A DNA stretch of 64,000 nt. Origin: Candidatus Eremiobacteria bacterium. GTDB lineage: Bacteria; Vulcanimicrobiota; Vulcanimicrobiia; Vulcanimicrobiales; Vulcanimicrobiaceae. The stretch is taken from positions 1,120,001 through 1,184,000 of the forward strand of contig CAVTRC010000001.1 in the NCBI GenBank assembly GCA_963737065.1, given 5' to 3'. Shown here one piece after another: positions 62,882 to 64,000 of this stretch. Position 1 is the first letter of the stretch. Every line of letters begins with the position of its first letter. Under the pieces are notes generated by a model. The model was given only the letters and a program-made list of their open reading frames with translations. It did not search any database and was not told the origin of the DNA. A program made the position numbers and the translations under genes.

Positions 62882-63018
62882 GAAAGCGCCGGCGCACCGA
62901 ATACCGCCGGAAGCCGTCCGCGCCCGAGTTCTGGAAGCGAGCGGCAATCTGGATTTTCATTTTTCTCTTTATCTTCAGCGTAGCCGGCGGCGTCATCGCG
63001 TTCAGCGTCAGCCGCTGA
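62878..63018 (+). CDS. 46 aa basic single-TM protein (below ORF-track cutoff)
   Basis: ATGA overlap with rsfS; MRKRRRTEYRRKPSAPEFWKRAAIWIFIFLFIFSVAGGVIAFSVSR. Confidence 0.7.
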   Translation: MRKRRRTEYRRKPSAPEFWKRAAIWIFIFLFIFSVAGGVIAFSVSR

Positions 63019-63069
63019 AACCAAGGACCGGCCCGCGCGATAGTAGCTCTCGGAGGTTAACGAAGTAGC

Positions 63070-64000
63070 ATGAAACCTTTGGCCGCATCGGCCGCCATCG
63101 TGCTCGCCGTCGCGATGAACGCGCTGCCGGCACTTGCCGCGCAATTCGTTCAAGACGGCGCGGGAATGTTCTCATCTGCGACGGTGTCGCAACTCGATAC
63201 GCAGATCGGCAACTTCAACGCGCAGACGCAGAAACAAATCGTCGTCGTCACGGTCCCCTCGCTCAACGGTGAAACCGTGCAAAACGCGGCGCAAAGTGTC
63301 TTCAGCGAACAGCAGATCAACGGCGTTTTGATTTTTATCGCGAAGGCCGAACGTAAAGACATCATCGTCCCGGGACGCGCGACGGCGCAGTTCTTCCCTG
63401 CATCGACGACGACGTCCATCCGGCAGCAAATGGAATCGTCGTTCCGTAACGGTGATTTCGACGGCGGAATCACGACGGCGGTCGGTTCGATCCTCGATGT
63501 CTTCCGCTCGCATGTGAACAGCATGCCGGGCAACGCAAACGCATACGGCCGCAACTATCCCGCGCCGTCGTATCAACGACCGGTGGCAACAACGAATGGA
63601 ATACATCTTTCAATGTTTTGGTGGATCGTTCTGATCGTCGTCGGATTCTTGGTGATCCGCTCGATCTTTCGCTCGATGGGCGCAGGGCGCAATTACGGGG
63701 GCCGCGGCGGACCGGCGGGTGGCCCCGGATACGGCCCGGGCCCGGGTTACGGCTATGGTCCCGGCTACTACGGCGGCGGCGGCGGAGGCTTCTGGAGCGG
63801 GCTGCTCGGCGGCCTCGGCGGCGCGTGGCTCGGAAACGAAATGTTCAACCGCGGCGGCGGCGGTTCGGTGGATCCCAACGCTGCCGGCGGCGGCATTGCG
63901 CCGGTCGACCAAGGTGGCGGCTGGGGCGGTAACGCACCGGATGCGGGCGGTTGGGGCAGCGACGCGGGGCAAGCCGATATGGGTTCGTCGAGCGCCGGCG
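63070..64000 (+). CDS. TPM-domain membrane protein with Gly-rich tail (partial)
   Basis: GGAGG upstream, signal peptide, VQDGAGMF, QIVVVTVPSL, FRNGDFDGGI, TM, Gly-rich tail. Confidence 0.85.
   Translation, partial: MKPLAASAAIVLAVAMNALPALAAQFVQDGAGMFSSATVSQLDTQIGNFNAQTQKQIVVVTVPSLNGETVQNAAQSVFSEQQINGVLIFIAKAERKDIIVPGRATAQFFPASTTTSIRQQMESSFRNGDFDGGITTAVGSILDVFRSHVNSMPGNANAYGRNYPAPSYQRPVATTNGIHLSMFWWIVLIVVGFLVIRSIFRSMGAGRNYGGRGGPAGGPGYGPGPGYGYGPGYYGGGGGGFWSGLLGGLGGAWLGNEMFNRGGGGSVDPNAAGGGIAPVDQGGGWGGNAPDAGGWGSDAGQADMGSSSAG

Noticed and set aside
63680..63830. GGC-rich and GPGYG tandem repeats
   Set aside because: Explained by the Gly-rich coding tail of the TPM protein.
1..64000. CRISPR array / cas genes
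   Set aside because: No regularly spaced repeat-spacer array or cas motif was seen by eye.

Overview
High-GC bacterial chromosomal segment; gene style suggests Ca. Eremiobacterota/Vulcanimicrobiota, which is an unverified inference. Housekeeping genes include prfC (partial), ctaB/cyoE, aidB, typA, clpB, add, gyrA, trxA and tsaE-tsaB-rimI-yqeK-rsfS, plus selenocysteine machinery (selA, selB, tRNA-Sec). There are two amino-sugar/peptide catabolic operons, several secreted proteases and a SigK/RskA-type ECF pair preceded by a catalytically degenerate class III cyclase. A ~8 kb element is integrated at the 3' end of tRNA-Sec (~33.4-41.4 kb). It carries a tyrosine integrase, two excisionase-type HTH genes, an iteron-containing replication gene and a TerS-like gene but no capsid or tail genes, so it looks like a phage satellite; its cargo includes an Ivy-like lysozyme inhibitor and a type IIG R-M remnant. 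An unassigned, highly structured ~135 nt intergenic element lies between gyrA and the trxA-selA-selB-add operon. Frameshifts are confined to ~32.2-46.4 kb and probably reflect sequencing or assembly indels, so coordinates there are approximate.
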